A stretch of 64,000 bases of DNA from an uncultured delta proteobacterium. GTDB lineage: Bacteria; Desulfobacterota; Binatia; UBA9968. The stretch is taken from NCBI GenBank assembly GCA_963760795.1, contig CAVXEP010000012.1, positions 320,001 to 384,000 on the forward strand. The letters are read 5' to 3'. Of this stretch, positions 49,922-61,504 are shown piece after piece. The notes under the pieces were generated by a model. That model was not told where the DNA came from, did not search any database, and worked only from the letters and a program-made list of their open reading frames with translations. How positions within the stretch are numbered: position 1 is the stretch's first letter; each line of letters opens with the position of its first letter. The position numbers and the translations under genes were made by a program.

Positions 49922-50238
49922 TTTGCTGTTCATAGTCTTTGCTCGTGAACGATCTTCCGAAAGAATCGCAGAGAGAGCGCCACAGAAAATGCTCTAGAAT
50001 CTCGATTCCGATGATGATTCCAACCTTGTTCGTGCAGCAGCCTCGATGCCATGCTGCGAAATCCAAGGCGGTCATATCCTCTCTCGGATAGCCCATGCGG
50101 CGGTAGGTGGTATGACGGCGAGGATATCCGCTGCGTCGGTCTGTTGGATGCGCTTGGCCAGGTAAGGCCCAAAGGCCGACGGTAATTTCCACCGTCAAAC
50201 GTTCGAGGGCGCACCGCGGCAGTGCCGGCGAGCTGCGA

Positions 50239-51087
50239 TCAAGTCTGCTCTCGCTTCTCCCTCATGTGGGTCAAGCAACGAAGAAACAGATACACTTCGG
50301 TCGGGTTCTTGAGAAATCGAGCGGCTACGGTCTTTCGTGGCGTTTCCTCGACTAGAATAGCCATGCCTTTTTCCGCAATGGCTGCAAACGCCGCTTCATC
50401 GGTGCGGTCGTCACCAATATAGATCGGCAATGCGGTTGAAGCATAATGCGCGAGGATTTGCGTTATAGCATCTGCTTTCGTCATGCCTGTCGGTTTCGCT
50501 TCAATGACGTCTTTGCCGGCCAAAAGCTCTAGTTTGACGCCTTGCTGCTGATATTCATGGACCGCACGGACAAACTCCTGGCGCGCCGCCAATGCTGTGT
50601 CGCCGTCGGCCCGCCGGAAGTGCAGGGCCAGAGCAATGCCCTTGTCTTCCACGATGATTCCATCAGCGTCCGCCAGAGCCCGGCGCAACTCTTCGTGCAA
50701 GCAACGTAGTGTGTCGACAATCACCCGGTTCGGCCATGACCGATTGAACGTGCCGTCGGGCGCCGCCCACTCCAAGCCGTGGCATCCGACATAATAAATC
50801 TGCTCTAAACCGATGAGCCGCCTCAGCTTGTCAATGGGACGGCCACTGACGATTCCAACCGAGCATCCGGGCAAAGAATGAAAATCTTGCAGCCAACGTC
50901 TTCGCGGCTCGCTAAACAAGACATCGGCTGGAGTTGGCGCGATTTCGGCCAGGGTGCCGTCAAAGCCAAGAAACACAAATATTTCAGGCGCCTCGATAAC
51001 TATCTGCCAAAAATCTTGATCATGAAAGTTTAATCGTTGGGGAATCCCACCAGGTTGAAGCGATTGATTTATGCTATCGGTCGTCAT
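50239..51087 (-). CDS. otsB: Trehalose-6-phosphate phosphatase homolog with motif I D->G change
   Basis: FLGFDGTLAEI, IVSGR, GCHGLE, VEDKG..LHFR and YIGDDRTDEAAF. Confidence 0.8.
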   Translation of the reverse strand: MTTDSINQSLQPGGIPQRLNFHDQDFWQIVIEAPEIFVFLGFDGTLAEIAPTPADVLFSEPRRRWLQDFHSLPGCSVGIVSGRPIDKLRRLIGLEQIYYVGCHGLEWAAPDGTFNRSWPNRVIVDTLRCLHEELRRALADADGIIVEDKGIALALHFRRADGDTALAARQEFVRAVHEYQQQGVKLELLAGKDVIEAKPTGMTKADAITQILAHYASTALPIYIGDDRTDEAAFAAIAEKGMAILVEETPRKTVAARFLKNPTEVYLFLRCLTHMREKREQT

Positions 51088-51124
51088 GCAGATGCCCTCT
51101 CGACCGCTGATTTTGACCCCCCGT

Positions 51125-51325
51125 CTAGCGTCTGGGTCCCTGGGCCGTGATCACAAACCTGTCGCGGCGATTTTTTTGCCGGCAATCTTCGGACTGCGAT
51201 TGGCAGGCCGGAATCTCCTCGCCGTAGCTTATTGTGGCGATTCGATCCGCCGAAATACCGAGGCTCGTTAAATAGTCTTTGGCCGCTTGCGCTCGCTTGG
51301 CACCGAGAGCCAGAGTAAAGTATTG
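51125..51325 (-). pseudogene. C-terminal half of a Pal-like peptidoglycan-associated lipoprotein
   Basis: LALGAKRAQAAKDYLTSLGISADRIATISYGEEIPAC...KNRRDRF. The 5' half is absent. Confidence 0.75.
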
Positions 51326-51336
51326 CCGTGATGCAA

Positions 51337-51594
51337 TTAGAAAATGCCCTTCAATAAACCACCGACCGCGCGGAAGGGAAGGGATAGAACGTCGCCTACC
51401 ACATCAACCGTGCTGCTCAATGCGCCGCCAGATTCCCCCCGAGTTTCTGTAGTCGTCGTTTCGGTGCGGTTCTCTACGGCCGTTTCTGTAGGATACTGTC
51501 GAGTTTCGCTGGTAACCGTCCTGGTTTGAGTTGAACACCCAACGCCCAGAAACAGAACTAGAAGACTACTCACGAGCAAATTACTTTTTCGCAT
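51337..51594 (-). CDS. Small lipoprotein
   Basis: MRKSNLLVSSLLVLFLGVGC lipobox, T-rich middle and VGDVLSLPFRAVGGL tail. GGAGG RBS. Confidence 0.7.
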   Translation of the reverse strand: MRKSNLLVSSLLVLFLGVGCSTQTRTVTSETRQYPTETAVENRTETTTTETRGESGGALSSTVDVVGDVLSLPFRAVGGLLKGIF

Positions 51595-51659
51595 GACAAC
51601 CTCCTGCCGGGAGCGAAATTTAAAACTCACAACGCGGCTCCCTGCCTACACTATGAATG

Positions 51660-51675
51660 AGCAAGGCCTGTACCA
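51660..51675 (-). promoter_or_regulatory. Sigma54 promoter (TGGTACAGGCCTTGCT)
   Basis: GG-N10-GC consensus upstream of the lipoprotein-pal'-otsB unit. Confidence 0.75.
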
Positions 51676-51766
51676 GACCCAGAAAAAGTAATGCCTTTGA
51701 TCTTGCTGGACTTTATGACAAAATGTTAGTGGCAGGCGAGTCGGTGGAAGGATTTCCCCTGATTAC

Positions 51767-51786
51767 CTGAAAGGGATTCCCCGACA
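51767..51786 (-). promoter_or_regulatory. Candidate enhancer (TGTCGGGGAATCCCTTTCAG)
   Basis: Starts 111 bp upstream of the promoter's TGG. A weaker tandem copy lies at ~51744-51762. Confidence 0.6.
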
Positions 51787-51917
51787 AATAGTGAATCTAC
51801 TTTTCGAAATTCCCGCCCAGGCGATACTTTGCAGTGAAATTGACAAACGCCGATCGCGTCTGCTCACACTAAGATCGGCGATCAGGTATTCCGCGTCGAG
51901 CGAGAACCGGTCAGAAT

Positions 51918-53330
51918 CTAGTCCGCCTTTTTAAACGCTTGGAGATTGATGCCGTGTTTCTTCAGTAGGTCATAGAAATCCGCCCGGTATTTCCCGGCAA
52001 TCTCCGCGGCTTTTGCTGCACTGCCACTGCTGTGCTGGAGCAAGCGGACAAGGTATGCTTTTTCAAAGTCCGCCCGCGCTTCTTTGAGAGATTTGAGCGG
52101 GCCATCCACCGGTAGCAAGTCATATCGGAGAGCGGACTCCTGCGCTCCGATAGCCGTCTGGGCTCTGGTTTCGAATAAAAGCTCTTCGGTGACCACCTCC
52201 CCCTCGGCCATCGTGACGGCGTACTCCAACGTGTTTTCGAGCTCGCGAACATTGCCCGGCCAATCATGCAGCATCAGCTTCTTCATGGCTTGAGGTGTGA
52301 GACTTTTCACATCCTTTTTTGATTGCCGCGCGATTTTCTCCAGCAGATGGCTTACCAGGTGTGGGATATCTTCTTTCCGTTCCCGCAAAGGCGGGAGACG
52401 AACCGGAATAACATGAATCCGGTAGAACAGATCCTCGCGAAATAGCCCCTTTCGTACTTCTTCTTCAAGATCCTTCTTGGTGGCGACAATAACCCTGACA
52501 TCCACTTGAATCGGCTTTTCGCTGCCAATGGGATAAAATTGCCGCTCCTCCAACGCGCGCAGGAGTTTAGGTTGGATCGACATCGGCATATCGCCAATTT
52601 CATCTAATAAAATAGTGCCTTGATGAGCCTGCGCAAAATATCCCTTGGTGCTGCGCACCGCGCCGGTGAACGATCCCTTTTCGTGACCGAACAGCTCGCT
52701 CTCCAGCAATGCTTCAGGGACGGCGGCGCAATTGATCGCCACGAAGGGCTTATTTTTCCTCTCGCTGGCAAGATGAATAGCCTTGGCGATCACCTCCTTG
52801 CCTGTGCCACTTTCGCCTTGAATATGGACCGTAGATTCGGTCTGGGCGATTCGCGAAACCCCCGCCAGCACCTTCTGCATGACGTCGCTCTTGGCTACGA
52901 TATTGGTAAAATCGTATTTTTCCTTGAGCAGTTCCTTAAGCCGCACGTTCTCAGAGACAAGCCGGCGATTTTCCAGCGCTCGGCCGATCTGCAATTGCAG
53001 CTCCGTGGGATCGATGGGCTTGGTGAGATAGCCGTAGGCGCCTCTCTTGATGGCCTCTACGGCGCCTTCGATGCTTCCATAGCCAGTGAGAATAATCACC
53101 GGCAGGGCGGGATTGATCGCATGCAATTCCTCCATAATTGACATGCCGTCTTGGCCGGCAAGCTTCAAGTCAACAATGGAGAGATCAATGCTATCACCGT
53201 TGAGTGCTTCTTTGGCCTCCTCGCCTTTGACGGCCGTTACCACCTCGTATTTGGCTGCTTCGAGCCTGGTGCGAACTAATTCGAGGAGATTGCGGTCGTC
53301 GTCGACGACGAGAATCCTTCCGGTGGACAT
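51918..53330 (-). CDS. Sigma54-dependent response regulator (NtrC/GlrR-like: REC-AAA+-HTH)
   Basis: GESGTGKE, ESELFGHEKGSFTGA, LDEIGDM, WPGNVRELEN and the GlrR-like C-terminus AGKYRADFYDLLKKH. Confidence 0.92.
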   Translation of the reverse strand: MSTGRILVVDDDRNLLELVRTRLEAAKYEVVTAVKGEEAKEALNGDSIDLSIVDLKLAGQDGMSIMEELHAINPALPVIILTGYGSIEGAVEAIKRGAYGYLTKPIDPTELQLQIGRALENRRLVSENVRLKELLKEKYDFTNIVAKSDVMQKVLAGVSRIAQTESTVHIQGESGTGKEVIAKAIHLASERKNKPFVAINCAAVPEALLESELFGHEKGSFTGAVRSTKGYFAQAHQGTILLDEIGDMPMSIQPKLLRALEERQFYPIGSEKPIQVDVRVIVATKKDLEEEVRKGLFREDLFYRIHVIPVRLPPLRERKEDIPHLVSHLLEKIARQSKKDVKSLTPQAMKKLMLHDWPGNVRELENTLEYAVTMAEGEVVTEELLFETRAQTAIGAQESALRYDLLPVDGPLKSLKEARADFEKAYLVRLLQHSSGSAAKAAEIAGKYRADFYDLLKKHGINLQAFKKAD

Positions 53331-53615
53331 AACAAACCCTCTGGCAAATCTTCTATCGCTGCAGTCAATGATCTCAATGCCATTTAGTCTCAGCTGATCT
53401 CGTCAAGTTGTCCCGAGCGGCATCTCGCTGTATCGACGGGCCAGCGGTTTCTTACGCATATTCAAGACGTGTCACACCCATGCGATTCCAATCAGGTCAG
53501 TCCCAAGAATGCTGGAGTAGATCGCCTTCTCCTTTTCCGCAGTGGCCTGGAATCGGTCTATTCAACAAACTTCCCGCCAGCGGTGTAGGTTTATGTGACG
53601 TCCCACTTATTTACC

Positions 53616-53631
53616 GGCAAAGGGGATGCCA
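53616..53631 (-). promoter_or_regulatory. Sigma54 promoter (TGGCATCCCCTTTGCC)
   Basis: GG-N10-GC upstream of the activator gene. Confidence 0.72.
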
Positions 53632-53722
53632 ACTCGGCAGAATGAATAACCACCCTTAATTTAAAGGAGTGCCGCTATGATTTACCATTCACCGAGTTTC
53701 GATATGAAGGGATTTTCCTCCA

Positions 53723-53742
53723 TCGGAGGAATTTTACTGACA
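53723..53742 (-). promoter_or_regulatory. Candidate enhancer (TGTCAGTAAAATTCCTCCGA)
   Basis: 111 bp upstream of the TGG. A tandem weaker copy lies at 53704-53722. Confidence 0.6.
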
Positions 53743-53923
53743 ATCGATGCGGCGAAGATGCAAGCGGGGAAATCGCGAAGAGACGGCTCAAGCTGGATAC
53801 TTTCCCGCCTAGCGGCGCGTCCTCGTCCAATAGGGGACCGAAAAGAATGTTAACTTCGAGCACCGCGCAATGCGCCGCACCTAACGTTATTTGAATGAGT
53901 TTCACCAGCGGGAGGGTGTAAGA

Positions 53924-55489
53924 TTAAGACGGTTCTTGTTCAGTTGCTTTTTTTTCCGTGGACTGCTGATTCAACGGCAAATGAATGGTAAAGGTAGTGC
54001 CCTGTCCAGGCTGGCTTTCCACCTCAATCCGCCCGCCGTGAGATTTTACAATCCTCTCGCATATCGGCAGACCCAATCCCATGCCACGCCACTTCCTAGC
54101 GGTGAAAAAAGGCTGAAAGATCTTGGGCAGAGTGTCCGCGTCAATGCCAAACCCGGTATCCGCCACCGCGACGGTCATCTGACCGGACGAATTTTGCTTT
54201 GCTCTCAGGGTTAACTTCCCACCTGCTGGCATGGCATCCATCGCATTGAGCGACAAATTCACCAGCACCTGCTGCAACTGCTGCGGGTCGGCATAGATTC
54301 GCGGCAGTTCCGGCGCGATTTCCTGGACGGCTTGGACGTCTTGCTTGTACAGCCGGGTCGAGATCATTTCCAACGTTTTGCTAATCGTCTCTTGGACATC
54401 GATCAATATGAAATCCGTGCTTTTGGGCCGGCCGAATTCCAAAAGGTCCCGGACCATTTTTTCACAGCGCTTGGTCTCTTCAGAGATGATCTGTATGGGA
54501 CGATAGCTCGGATCGGCGGGGTCCATGTCGGCTAAAAGACCTTGAGCAAAACCAAGGATAATTCCCAGCGGGTTATTGAACTCATGGGCCATCGAAGCCG
54601 ATAGCTCGCCGACCGAGACAAGGCGGCCCGAGGCGATCAGTTGCTCCTCCAGTTCTTGGGCTTGTTTACGCAGCTTCTGCTCGCTTTCCCGCAGCGCTTC
54701 CTCCGTCCGTTTGCGATTCGTGATATCGATAATCGACACGAGGACGAAAGTTACGTCATTGATTTGGATTGGGTTAAGGCCGATCTCGACAGACACTTCT
54801 GATCCGTCCTTGCGCATGCCAAACAGATCACGGCCCGCTCCCATAGGGCGAGACTTCGGAGAGAGAAAAAACCCGGCCCGGAAGTCAGCGTGTTTGCCGC
54901 GAAAGCGCGCCGGCACGAGCGCGTCAATCGACTGCTGGAGCAACTCCTCTCGTGGGTACCCGAAAAGGCTCTCGGCGTGGGCATTGGTTAAGACGATTCG
55001 CCCATCCTTGCCGACCATAATCATCGCGTTTGGAGAAGCCTCAACCGCCAGGCGAAAGCGCGCCTCGCTTTGCTCTAGCGCTTGCTGCTTTATCCGCTCA
55101 TTCATGTGGAATAGGTCCACGAACGCAGCGACCTTGGCTTTCACCACTTCCGGAACCACCGGCTTGAAAAGGTAATCGACCGCCCCGCTGGCCGCCCCTC
55201 GATGCACATCTGAATCCAAGGTATCCACCGCGGAGAGAAAAATGATCGGCAGATGGCGCAATCGCTCGCGTTGTCGTATCAGCGCGGCGATCTCAAATCC
55301 GTCCATCTCCGGCATGCGCACGTCGAGCAGGATCACGGCGAATTCCCGCCGCATGAGTTCGCGCAGCGCGTCCGCGCCCGAGCGCGCCTTTACGACATTG
55401 CGCCCCGGCCCGGCGAGCAGGGCCTCCATGGCGAGCAGGCTCCTGTCGTCGTCGTCAACGACCAGAATGTTCGCCGTGGATTGAATCAT
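53924..55489 (-). CDS. REC-PAS-HisKA-HATPase hybrid histidine kinase
   Basis: [19 protein letters not shown], FixL-like PAS, AHEFNNPL and GMGLGLPIC. Confidence 0.9.
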   Translation of the reverse strand: MIQSTANILVVDDDDRSLLAMEALLAGPGRNVVKARSGADALRELMRREFAVILLDVRMPEMDGFEIAALIRQRERLRHLPIIFLSAVDTLDSDVHRGAASGAVDYLFKPVVPEVVKAKVAAFVDLFHMNERIKQQALEQSEARFRLAVEASPNAMIMVGKDGRIVLTNAHAESLFGYPREELLQQSIDALVPARFRGKHADFRAGFFLSPKSRPMGAGRDLFGMRKDGSEVSVEIGLNPIQINDVTFVLVSIIDITNRKRTEEALRESEQKLRKQAQELEEQLIASGRLVSVGELSASMAHEFNNPLGIILGFAQGLLADMDPADPSYRPIQIISEETKRCEKMVRDLLEFGRPKSTDFILIDVQETISKTLEMISTRLYKQDVQAVQEIAPELPRIYADPQQLQQVLVNLSLNAMDAMPAGGKLTLRAKQNSSGQMTVAVADTGFGIDADTLPKIFQPFFTARKWRGMGLGLPICERIVKSHGGRIEVESQPGQGTTFTIHLPLNQQSTEKKATEQEPS

Positions 55490-58400
55490 AACGTCCTCCC
55501 CGTCGCGAGCTTTGCTTGCCAAATAACCAGATGCGCAGCAGTCCGATCAGCTCCTCGCCGTTAACCGGTTTGGCGATATAATCGGACGCACCGGCTTCCA
55601 GACACTTCTCTCGGTCGCCTTTCATCGCCTTTGCGGTAAGCGCGAGAATGGGCAGTAGCTTGTGTCTGGGGTTTTGCCGGATGCGGCGCGTGGTTTCGTA
55701 GCCGTCCATTTCCGGCATCATGATGTCCAACAGCACCGCGTCGATCTCCTCGTCTTCATCGAGTAGCGAAATCGCCTCACGACCGGTCTCGGAGTTTGCC
55801 ACCCGCAGCCCGTGCTGCTCGAGCAGACTGGTCAAAGCGAAGATGTTGCGCACGTCGTCGTCGACAACGAGTACCTTCCTGCCATTCAGCGCATCGTCGG
55901 TCCGGTGCAAGCGTTCGAGCATTTGCTGCTTGGCCGGCGGCAGTTCGGCGGCGACGGTGTGGAGGAAAAGCGTGGTCTCGTCGAGCAACCGCTCGGGAGA
56001 TTCGACGCCCTTGAGGACCACGCTCTCAGCCAACCGGATCAGCTTAAGCTCATCCGCCGCGCTCAGTTCCTTGCCGGTAAATACGACGATTGGGAGCTCG
56101 CGCAGCTCGGGCTTTTGCCGGATGCGTTCCAATAACTCGAAACCGGAGACATCCGGCAACCGAAGATCAAGGACAACGCAATCGAACTTCTGTGCGTCTA
56201 GGGCGGCCCACGTCTCGCCACCGCTTGCCGCCGCGACAATCTCAACACCGTTATGACTTAACAGCTCGATGATGCTCTTGCGTTCGATCTCATTGTCTTC
56301 GACTATTAATAATCTTCTCTGCCGCTCTTGTGCATAACGGATCACCCGCTCCAGAGCGTTTTTGAGCTCGTTCGAAGTCGCGGGCTTGATCAAATAAGAA
56401 AACGCACCACGTCCAAGCCCTTGGAGTCGTTCTTCTTCCACGCTGACGACTTGAACCGGTATATGACGAGTAGCGGGATCTTGCTTCAAGTGATTCAATA
56501 CCGTCCACCCCAGCATGTCAGGCAAAAAGATATCAAGCACGATCGCCTGGGGCTTGAACTCGTGGGTAAGGGAGCGGACGTGAGCGCCCCGGGCCGTCAC
56601 GACTCCTTTGAAGCCGCGATCGCGCACCAGCCCCAACAAAACGCCGGCGAAATGGGGGTCATCCTCGACGATTAGAACCACGGGATCGCCCGACTGCACG
56701 GAGTCTCGGTCGTCGGCGACCTCTTCCGCTTTGGTTGCTTGCTGGACGATCAGCGGCGCCGGACTGACCGCTGTGCGTCTCGCGTCGACTGTCGTAAGTC
56801 CGTAGCTTTGCGGTAAGTACAGCGTGAAGGTGCTGCCACGCCCGGGCGCGCTAATGAGGCGTATCTCTCCGCCGAGCAGCATCGCCAATTCGCGGCTGAT
56901 CGCAAGGCCGAGTCCGGTCCCACCGTAACGCCGGCTAGTGCTCGCATCAGCCTGGTGAAAAGCTTCGAAGATGATCTTCTGTTTGTCCTGCGCAATGCCG
57001 ATGCCGGTGTCTGTGACCTCAAAGGCGATCACCTTGTCAGCGTTTGCCAGCGGCTGATGATCGAGACTGAAGCCGCTGGCAGCGACTTTCATAGTAAACC
57101 TGACGCTCCCCTGGGAGGTGAACTTAAATGCGTTGGACAGTAAGTTCTTCAAAACCTGCTGCAAGCGCTTCAGATCCGTGGTTAGCGCGCGTGGCAGTTC
57201 GCCGTCCATATCTATATGAAACGCCAGGTGGCGTGCCTCGGCGACGTGGCGGAAGCTTCGTTCCACGGCTTCGCGCAGCTTGGCGAACGATACTTCTTCC
57301 GGCTCGACCGTGACCGTGCCCGATTCGATCTTGGAGAGATCGAGGATGTCAGTGATCAGGTTCAGAAGTTCGGTGCCGGCGTCGTGAATATTCTTGGAAA
57401 ACTCGACCTGCTTGGGATCCAGGTTGCGAGCGGGATTGTCGGCCAACTGCTGCGCCAGGATCAAGATACTGTTGAGCGGCGTGCGCAGCTCATGGGACAT
57501 ATTGGCGAGAAATTCAGATTTGTATTTGGATGTGAGCGCCAGCTCGGCGGCCTTTTCCTCCAGGGCGCCGCGCGCCTGTTCGATTTCTTGGTTTTTACGC
57601 TCAACCTCGGCGTTTTGCTCAGCCAGTTGTTTGGCCTTGTTGCCAAGTTCCTGATTGGTTTGCTGCAATTCTGTCTGTTGCGACTGTAACTCTCTGGCAA
57701 GTTCCTGCGACTGTTGGAGCAAACCTTCGGTGCGCATGGTCGCCTCGATGGTGTTGAGCACGATGCCGATGCTTTCAGTGAGTTGAGCGAGAAAGGCTTG
57801 GTGCGTCGAGGTAAACTCTTTGACCGAAGCCAGCTCGATAACGGCTTTGGTCTCGCCCTCAAAGAGCACCGGGAACACGATCAAGTTACGCGCCCAGGTG
57901 TCGCCCAGGGCTGAGCCGATCCGGATGTAATCTTCAGGCACATCGTCGAGCAGGATGCGCCGTTTTTCCAGCGCGCATTGGCCGACCAGACCAGCACCCA
58001 CAGCGAGACGGTCCGGCACACTCCGGCTACCAAGCCCGGCATAGCTTGAGAGAACGTGAAGGCAGGAGGCACCATCGTTGGTATTCATCTGATAGATGGC
58101 GCCGTACTGGGCATTCACCAGCGGCGCCATCTCCGAGAGCAGCATCTGTCCAACCGCGGTAAGATCGCGCTGGCCCTGGAGCATGCTAGTGAACCTGGCG
58201 AGGTTGGTCTTGAGCCAATCCTGCTCTCTATTCTCGTCCGTGGTGACACGCAGGTTTTGAATCATCGCATTAATGTTGTCTTTAAGCTCTGCTACCTCGC
58301 CACGCACGTCCACTTGAACCGCACGGGTGAGATCGCCCTTGGTGACCGCGGTGGCAACATCCGCGATGGCGCGCACCTGGGTGGTCAAGTTTGCCGCCAG

Positions 58401-60920
58401 CAGGTTGACGTTGTCGGTCAAATCTTTCCAGATGCCCGCCGCGCCCGGGACGTTGGCTTGCCCGCCCAGACGGCCCTCCACGCCAACTTCTCTGGCCACC
58501 GTGGTTACTTGCTCGGCGAAGATCGCCAGAGTGTTCGTCATGTTGTTGATGGTTTCCGCCAGTGCCGCGACCTCGCCCTTGGCCTCGACCGTGAGCTTTT
58601 CCCGCAGGCTGCCGTTGGCAACCGCGGTGACAACCTTGACGATGCCACGCACCTGCGCGGTTAGATTGGCCGCCATATCGTTGACGTTGTCCGTCAGATC
58701 CTTCCACGTGCCAGCGACGCCGGGGACCTGCGCCTGACCGCCGAGTTTTCCTTCGGTGCCAACCTCGCGCGCCACCCGGGTGACTTCCGCGGCGAAACTT
58801 CTCAGCTGGTCAACCATTGTATTGATGGCATCTTTGAGCTGGAGAATCTCGCCTTTGACGTCCACGGCGATCTTCTTCGATAAGTCGCCATTGGCCACCG
58901 CAATCGTCACCTCGGCGATATTACGCACCTGAGCGGTTAAATTACCCGCCATGAAATTCACGCTGTCGGTCAGATCCTTCCAAGTGCCGGCCACCCCCGG
59001 CACCACCGCTTGGCCGCCGAGCTTGCCATCGGTGCCGACCTCGCGCGCCACCCGAGTGACTTCTGCGGCGAAGCCGTTGAGCTGATCGACCATCGTGTTG
59101 ATGGCTTCCTTGAATTGTGAAATTTCACCGCGCACATCGACGGTGATCTTTTTCGAAAGATCGCCGTTGGCCACGGCGATGGTTACGTCGGCGATGTTTC
59201 TAACTTGCGCCGTTAAATTGCCGGCCATTAAGTTGACGTTGTCGGTCAAATCCTTCCATGTGCCGGCTACCCCCGGCACCACCGCTTGGCCACCGAGCTT
59301 GCCCTCAGTGCCAACCTCGCGCGCCACCCGCGTGACTTCCGCGGCGAAGCCGTTGAGCTGATCGACCATCGTGTTAATGGCTTCCTTGAGCTGGAGAATT
59401 TCGCCTTTGACATCGACGGTGATTTTCTTGGAAAGGTCGCCGTTGGCGACGGCGATCGTGACATCGGCGATGTTTCTCACCTGGCCGGTCAAATTGCCGG
59501 CCATCGCGTTGACGCTGTCGGTTAAATCCTTCCATGTGCCGGCAACGCCGGGGACTTGCGCTTGGCCGCCGAGCTTGCCATCAGTGCCAACCTCGCGCGC
59601 CACCCGGGTGACTTCTGCGGCGAAGCCGTTGAGCTGGTCGACCATCGTGTTGATGGCTTCCTTGAGGAGTAGTATTTCCCCACGCACGTCGACGGTAATC
59701 TTCTTTGATAAATCGCCGTTGGCGACAGCGATCGTGACATCAGCGATGTTTCTCACTTGGCCGGTCAAGTTACCGGCCATGATGTTGACGCTTTCCGTCA
59801 GATCCTTCCACACACCGCTGACATCGCGGACCTGCGCCTGACCGCCAAGCTTTCCTTCGGTACCAACCTCGCGCGCCACCCGGGTGACTTCCGCGGCGAA
59901 ACTTCTCAGCTGGTCAACCATTGTATTGATGGTATCTTTGAGCTGGAGAATCTCGCCTTTGACGTCCACGGCGATCTTCTTCGATAAGTCGCCATTGGCC
60001 ACCGCAATCGTCACCTCCGCGATATTACGCACCTGAGCGGTTAAATTACCCGCCATGAAATTCACGCTGTCGGTCAGATCCTTCCAAGTGCCGGCCACCC
60101 CAGGCACTACCGCTTGGCCGCCGAGCTTGCCGTCGGTCCCGACCTCGCGCGCCACCCGGGTGACTTCTGCGGCGAAACTTCTCAGCTGGTCAACCATTGT
60201 ATTGATGGTATCTTTGAGCTGGAGAATCTCGCCTTTGACGTCCACGGCGATCTTCTTCGATAAGTCGCCATTGGCCACCGCAATCGTCACCTCCGCGATA
60301 TTACGCACCTGAGCGGTTAAATTACCCGCCATGAAATTCACGCTGTCGGTCAGATCCTTCCAAGTGCCGGCCACCCCCGGCACCACCGCTTGGCCGCCGA
60401 GCTTGCCGTCGGTGCCGACCTCGCGCGCCACCCGGGTGACTTCTGCGGCGAAGTTGTCGAGCTGGTCGACCATGGCGTTGACCATCTTGGCGACGTGCAA
60501 AAACTCGCCGCGCAACGGTTGACCCTCGGCCTCCAGAGCCATGGTTTGGTTAAGATCGCCTTTGACCACCGAGCCGATGACGCGCGCCATCTCCGTGGTC
60601 GGTCGGACCAGACTATCGATTAGCTCGTTAATTGCATTGACCTGAATCTTCCACGCGCCTGCGGCCGCGGGAAGGGCCGCCCGTTGGGAAATCTTCCCCT
60701 CTTTGCCGACAACCCGGTTGACGCGCTCGAATTGCTTGGTGCTCTCGGCCATCATATCGATGATGTCATTGACGGTATCGGCGATCTTCCCGTCGATACC
60801 GGTCCACCCATAGGAGAGGCGAGTCGAGAAATCGCCTTTTTTGACCGACATAAGCACGCTGAGTAGCTGTTTGCTATCCAGCTTGTCACCATAGGCCGCA
60901 GGCGATTTCTTGGTTGGCAT
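55455..60920 (-). CDS. Poly-HAMP hybrid histidine kinase (HAMP array-GAF-HisKA-HATPase-3xREC)
   Basis: Eight conserved 92-aa VAREVGT(D/E)GKLGGQA units plus a divergent one, [24 protein letters not shown] and three receiver domains. Confidence 0.93.
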   Translation of the reverse strand: MPTKKSPAAYGDKLDSKQLLSVLMSVKKGDFSTRLSYGWTGIDGKIADTVNDIIDMMAESTKQFERVNRVVGKEGKISQRAALPAAAGAWKIQVNAINELIDSLVRPTTEMARVIGSVVKGDLNQTMALEAEGQPLRGEFLHVAKMVNAMVDQLDNFAAEVTRVAREVGTDGKLGGQAVVPGVAGTWKDLTDSVNFMAGNLTAQVRNIAEVTIAVANGDLSKKIAVDVKGEILQLKDTINTMVDQLRSFAAEVTRVAREVGTDGKLGGQAVVPGVAGTWKDLTDSVNFMAGNLTAQVRNIAEVTIAVANGDLSKKIAVDVKGEILQLKDTINTMVDQLRSFAAEVTRVAREVGTEGKLGGQAQVRDVSGVWKDLTESVNIMAGNLTGQVRNIADVTIAVANGDLSKKITVDVRGEILLLKEAINTMVDQLNGFAAEVTRVAREVGTDGKLGGQAQVPGVAGTWKDLTDSVNAMAGNLTGQVRNIADVTIAVANGDLSKKITVDVKGEILQLKEAINTMVDQLNGFAAEVTRVAREVGTEGKLGGQAVVPGVAGTWKDLTDNVNLMAGNLTAQVRNIADVTIAVANGDLSKKITVDVRGEISQFKEAINTMVDQLNGFAAEVTRVAREVGTDGKLGGQAVVPGVAGTWKDLTDSVNFMAGNLTAQVRNIAEVTIAVANGDLSKKIAVDVKGEILQLKDAINTMVDQLRSFAAEVTRVAREVGTEGKLGGQAQVPGVAGTWKDLTDNVNDMAANLTAQVRGIVKVVTAVANGSLREKLTVEAKGEVAALAETINNMTNTLAIFAEQVTTVAREVGVEGRLGGQANVPGAAGIWKDLTDNVNLLAANLTTQVRAIADVATAVTKGDLTRAVQVDVRGEVAELKDNINAMIQNLRVTTDENREQDWLKTNLARFTSMLQGQRDLTAVGQMLLSEMAPLVNAQYGAIYQMNTNDGASCLHVLSSYAGLGSRSVPDRLAVGAGLVGQCALEKRRILLDDVPEDYIRIGSALGDTWARNLIVFPVLFEGETKAVIELASVKEFTSTHQAFLAQLTESIGIVLNTIEATMRTEGLLQQSQELARELQSQQTELQQTNQELGNKAKQLAEQNAEVERKNQEIEQARGALEEKAAELALTSKYKSEFLANMSHELRTPLNSILILAQQLADNPARNLDPKQVEFSKNIHDAGTELLNLITDILDLSKIESGTVTVEPEEVSFAKLREAVERSFRHVAEARHLAFHIDMDGELPRALTTDLKRLQQVLKNLLSNAFKFTSQGSVRFTMKVAASGFSLDHQPLANADKVIAFEVTDTGIGIAQDKQKIIFEAFHQADASTSRRYGGTGLGLAISRELAMLLGGEIRLISAPGRGSTFTLYLPQSYGLTTVDARRTAVSPAPLIVQQATKAEEVADDRDSVQSGDPVVLIVEDDPHFAGVLLGLVRDRGFKGVVTARGAHVRSLTHEFKPQAIVLDIFLPDMLGWTVLNHLKQDPATRHIPVQVVSVEEERLQGLGRGAFSYLIKPATSNELKNALERVIRYAQERQRRLLIVEDNEIERKSIIELLSHNGVEIVAAASGGETWAALDAQKFDCVVLDLRLPDVSGFELLERIRQKPELRELPIVVFTGKELSAADELKLIRLAESVVLKGVESPERLLDETTLFLHTVAAELPPAKQQMLERLHRTDDALNGRKVLVVDDDVRNIFALTSLLEQHGLRVANSETGREAISLLDEDEEIDAVLLDIMMPEMDGYETTRRIRQNPRHKLLPILALTAKAMKGDREKCLEAGASDYIAKPVNGEELIGLLRIWLFGKQSSRRGGRYDSIHGEHSGR

Positions 60921-61305
60921 TAACTTCCTCCTGCGGGTCTCTCAGCGGTCCCCGATTGTTCGCGCTAATTGACGTCGATTCAGTCGCGCCGTGGCGGTCG
61001 AAAAGATCAACCTGGGCACAAGCCGAAACAACCGTGTGTGATCTGTGTCCTCGGTGCGCCAATAGGACGCGAGTTCAGAGCACGCCAACAAAATTTTCGC
61101 GTTCTTCACCTTTTCTGCGCTTGGTTGGTAAAAAACAAGCAGAAATCATTCCATTTCTGGCTCGTTGGGAAGGTGTGGATTTCAAATGGATTTTGTTTGA
61201 TGACGATGGGCTCAATACTTGAATGATAGGTGTTTTTCCTTCTTTGAAGGTGATTTTCCTACAAAAACAGTTTCAGAGATGCGAGCCTCATTGGCTTTTC
61301 GTTTT

Positions 61306-61398
61306 TGCAATGAAGAATCCCGCCGCAAGTATTGGAGTATCAAATCGACCGATTAAACAATGCAGCAGGTTACGGGGAATTACCCGACAGAGATTAAA
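61306..61398. mobile_element. Second copy of the hairpin element family seen at 40245-40370
   Basis: GCAGCAGGTTACGGGGAAT...AGATTAAA, compared with GCAGCAAGCTGCGGAGAAT...AGATTAAA. Confidence 0.45.
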
Positions 61399-61504
61399 AC
61401 CTCCGCGCACGATTCCCCGTCATGCAGTTCGTTTAGGTCCTTCGCGATGAATAGACATGCCAACCCTGATTTCGCCCGGAGAATCTGTCGAGGCAGCCTC
61501 GAAG

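Noticed and set aside
49930-50220. Possible gene relic downstream of otsB (PYLAKRIQQTDAADIL / YRRMGYPRED)
   Set aside because: Looks coding-like, but I cannot assign a family from the sequence alone.
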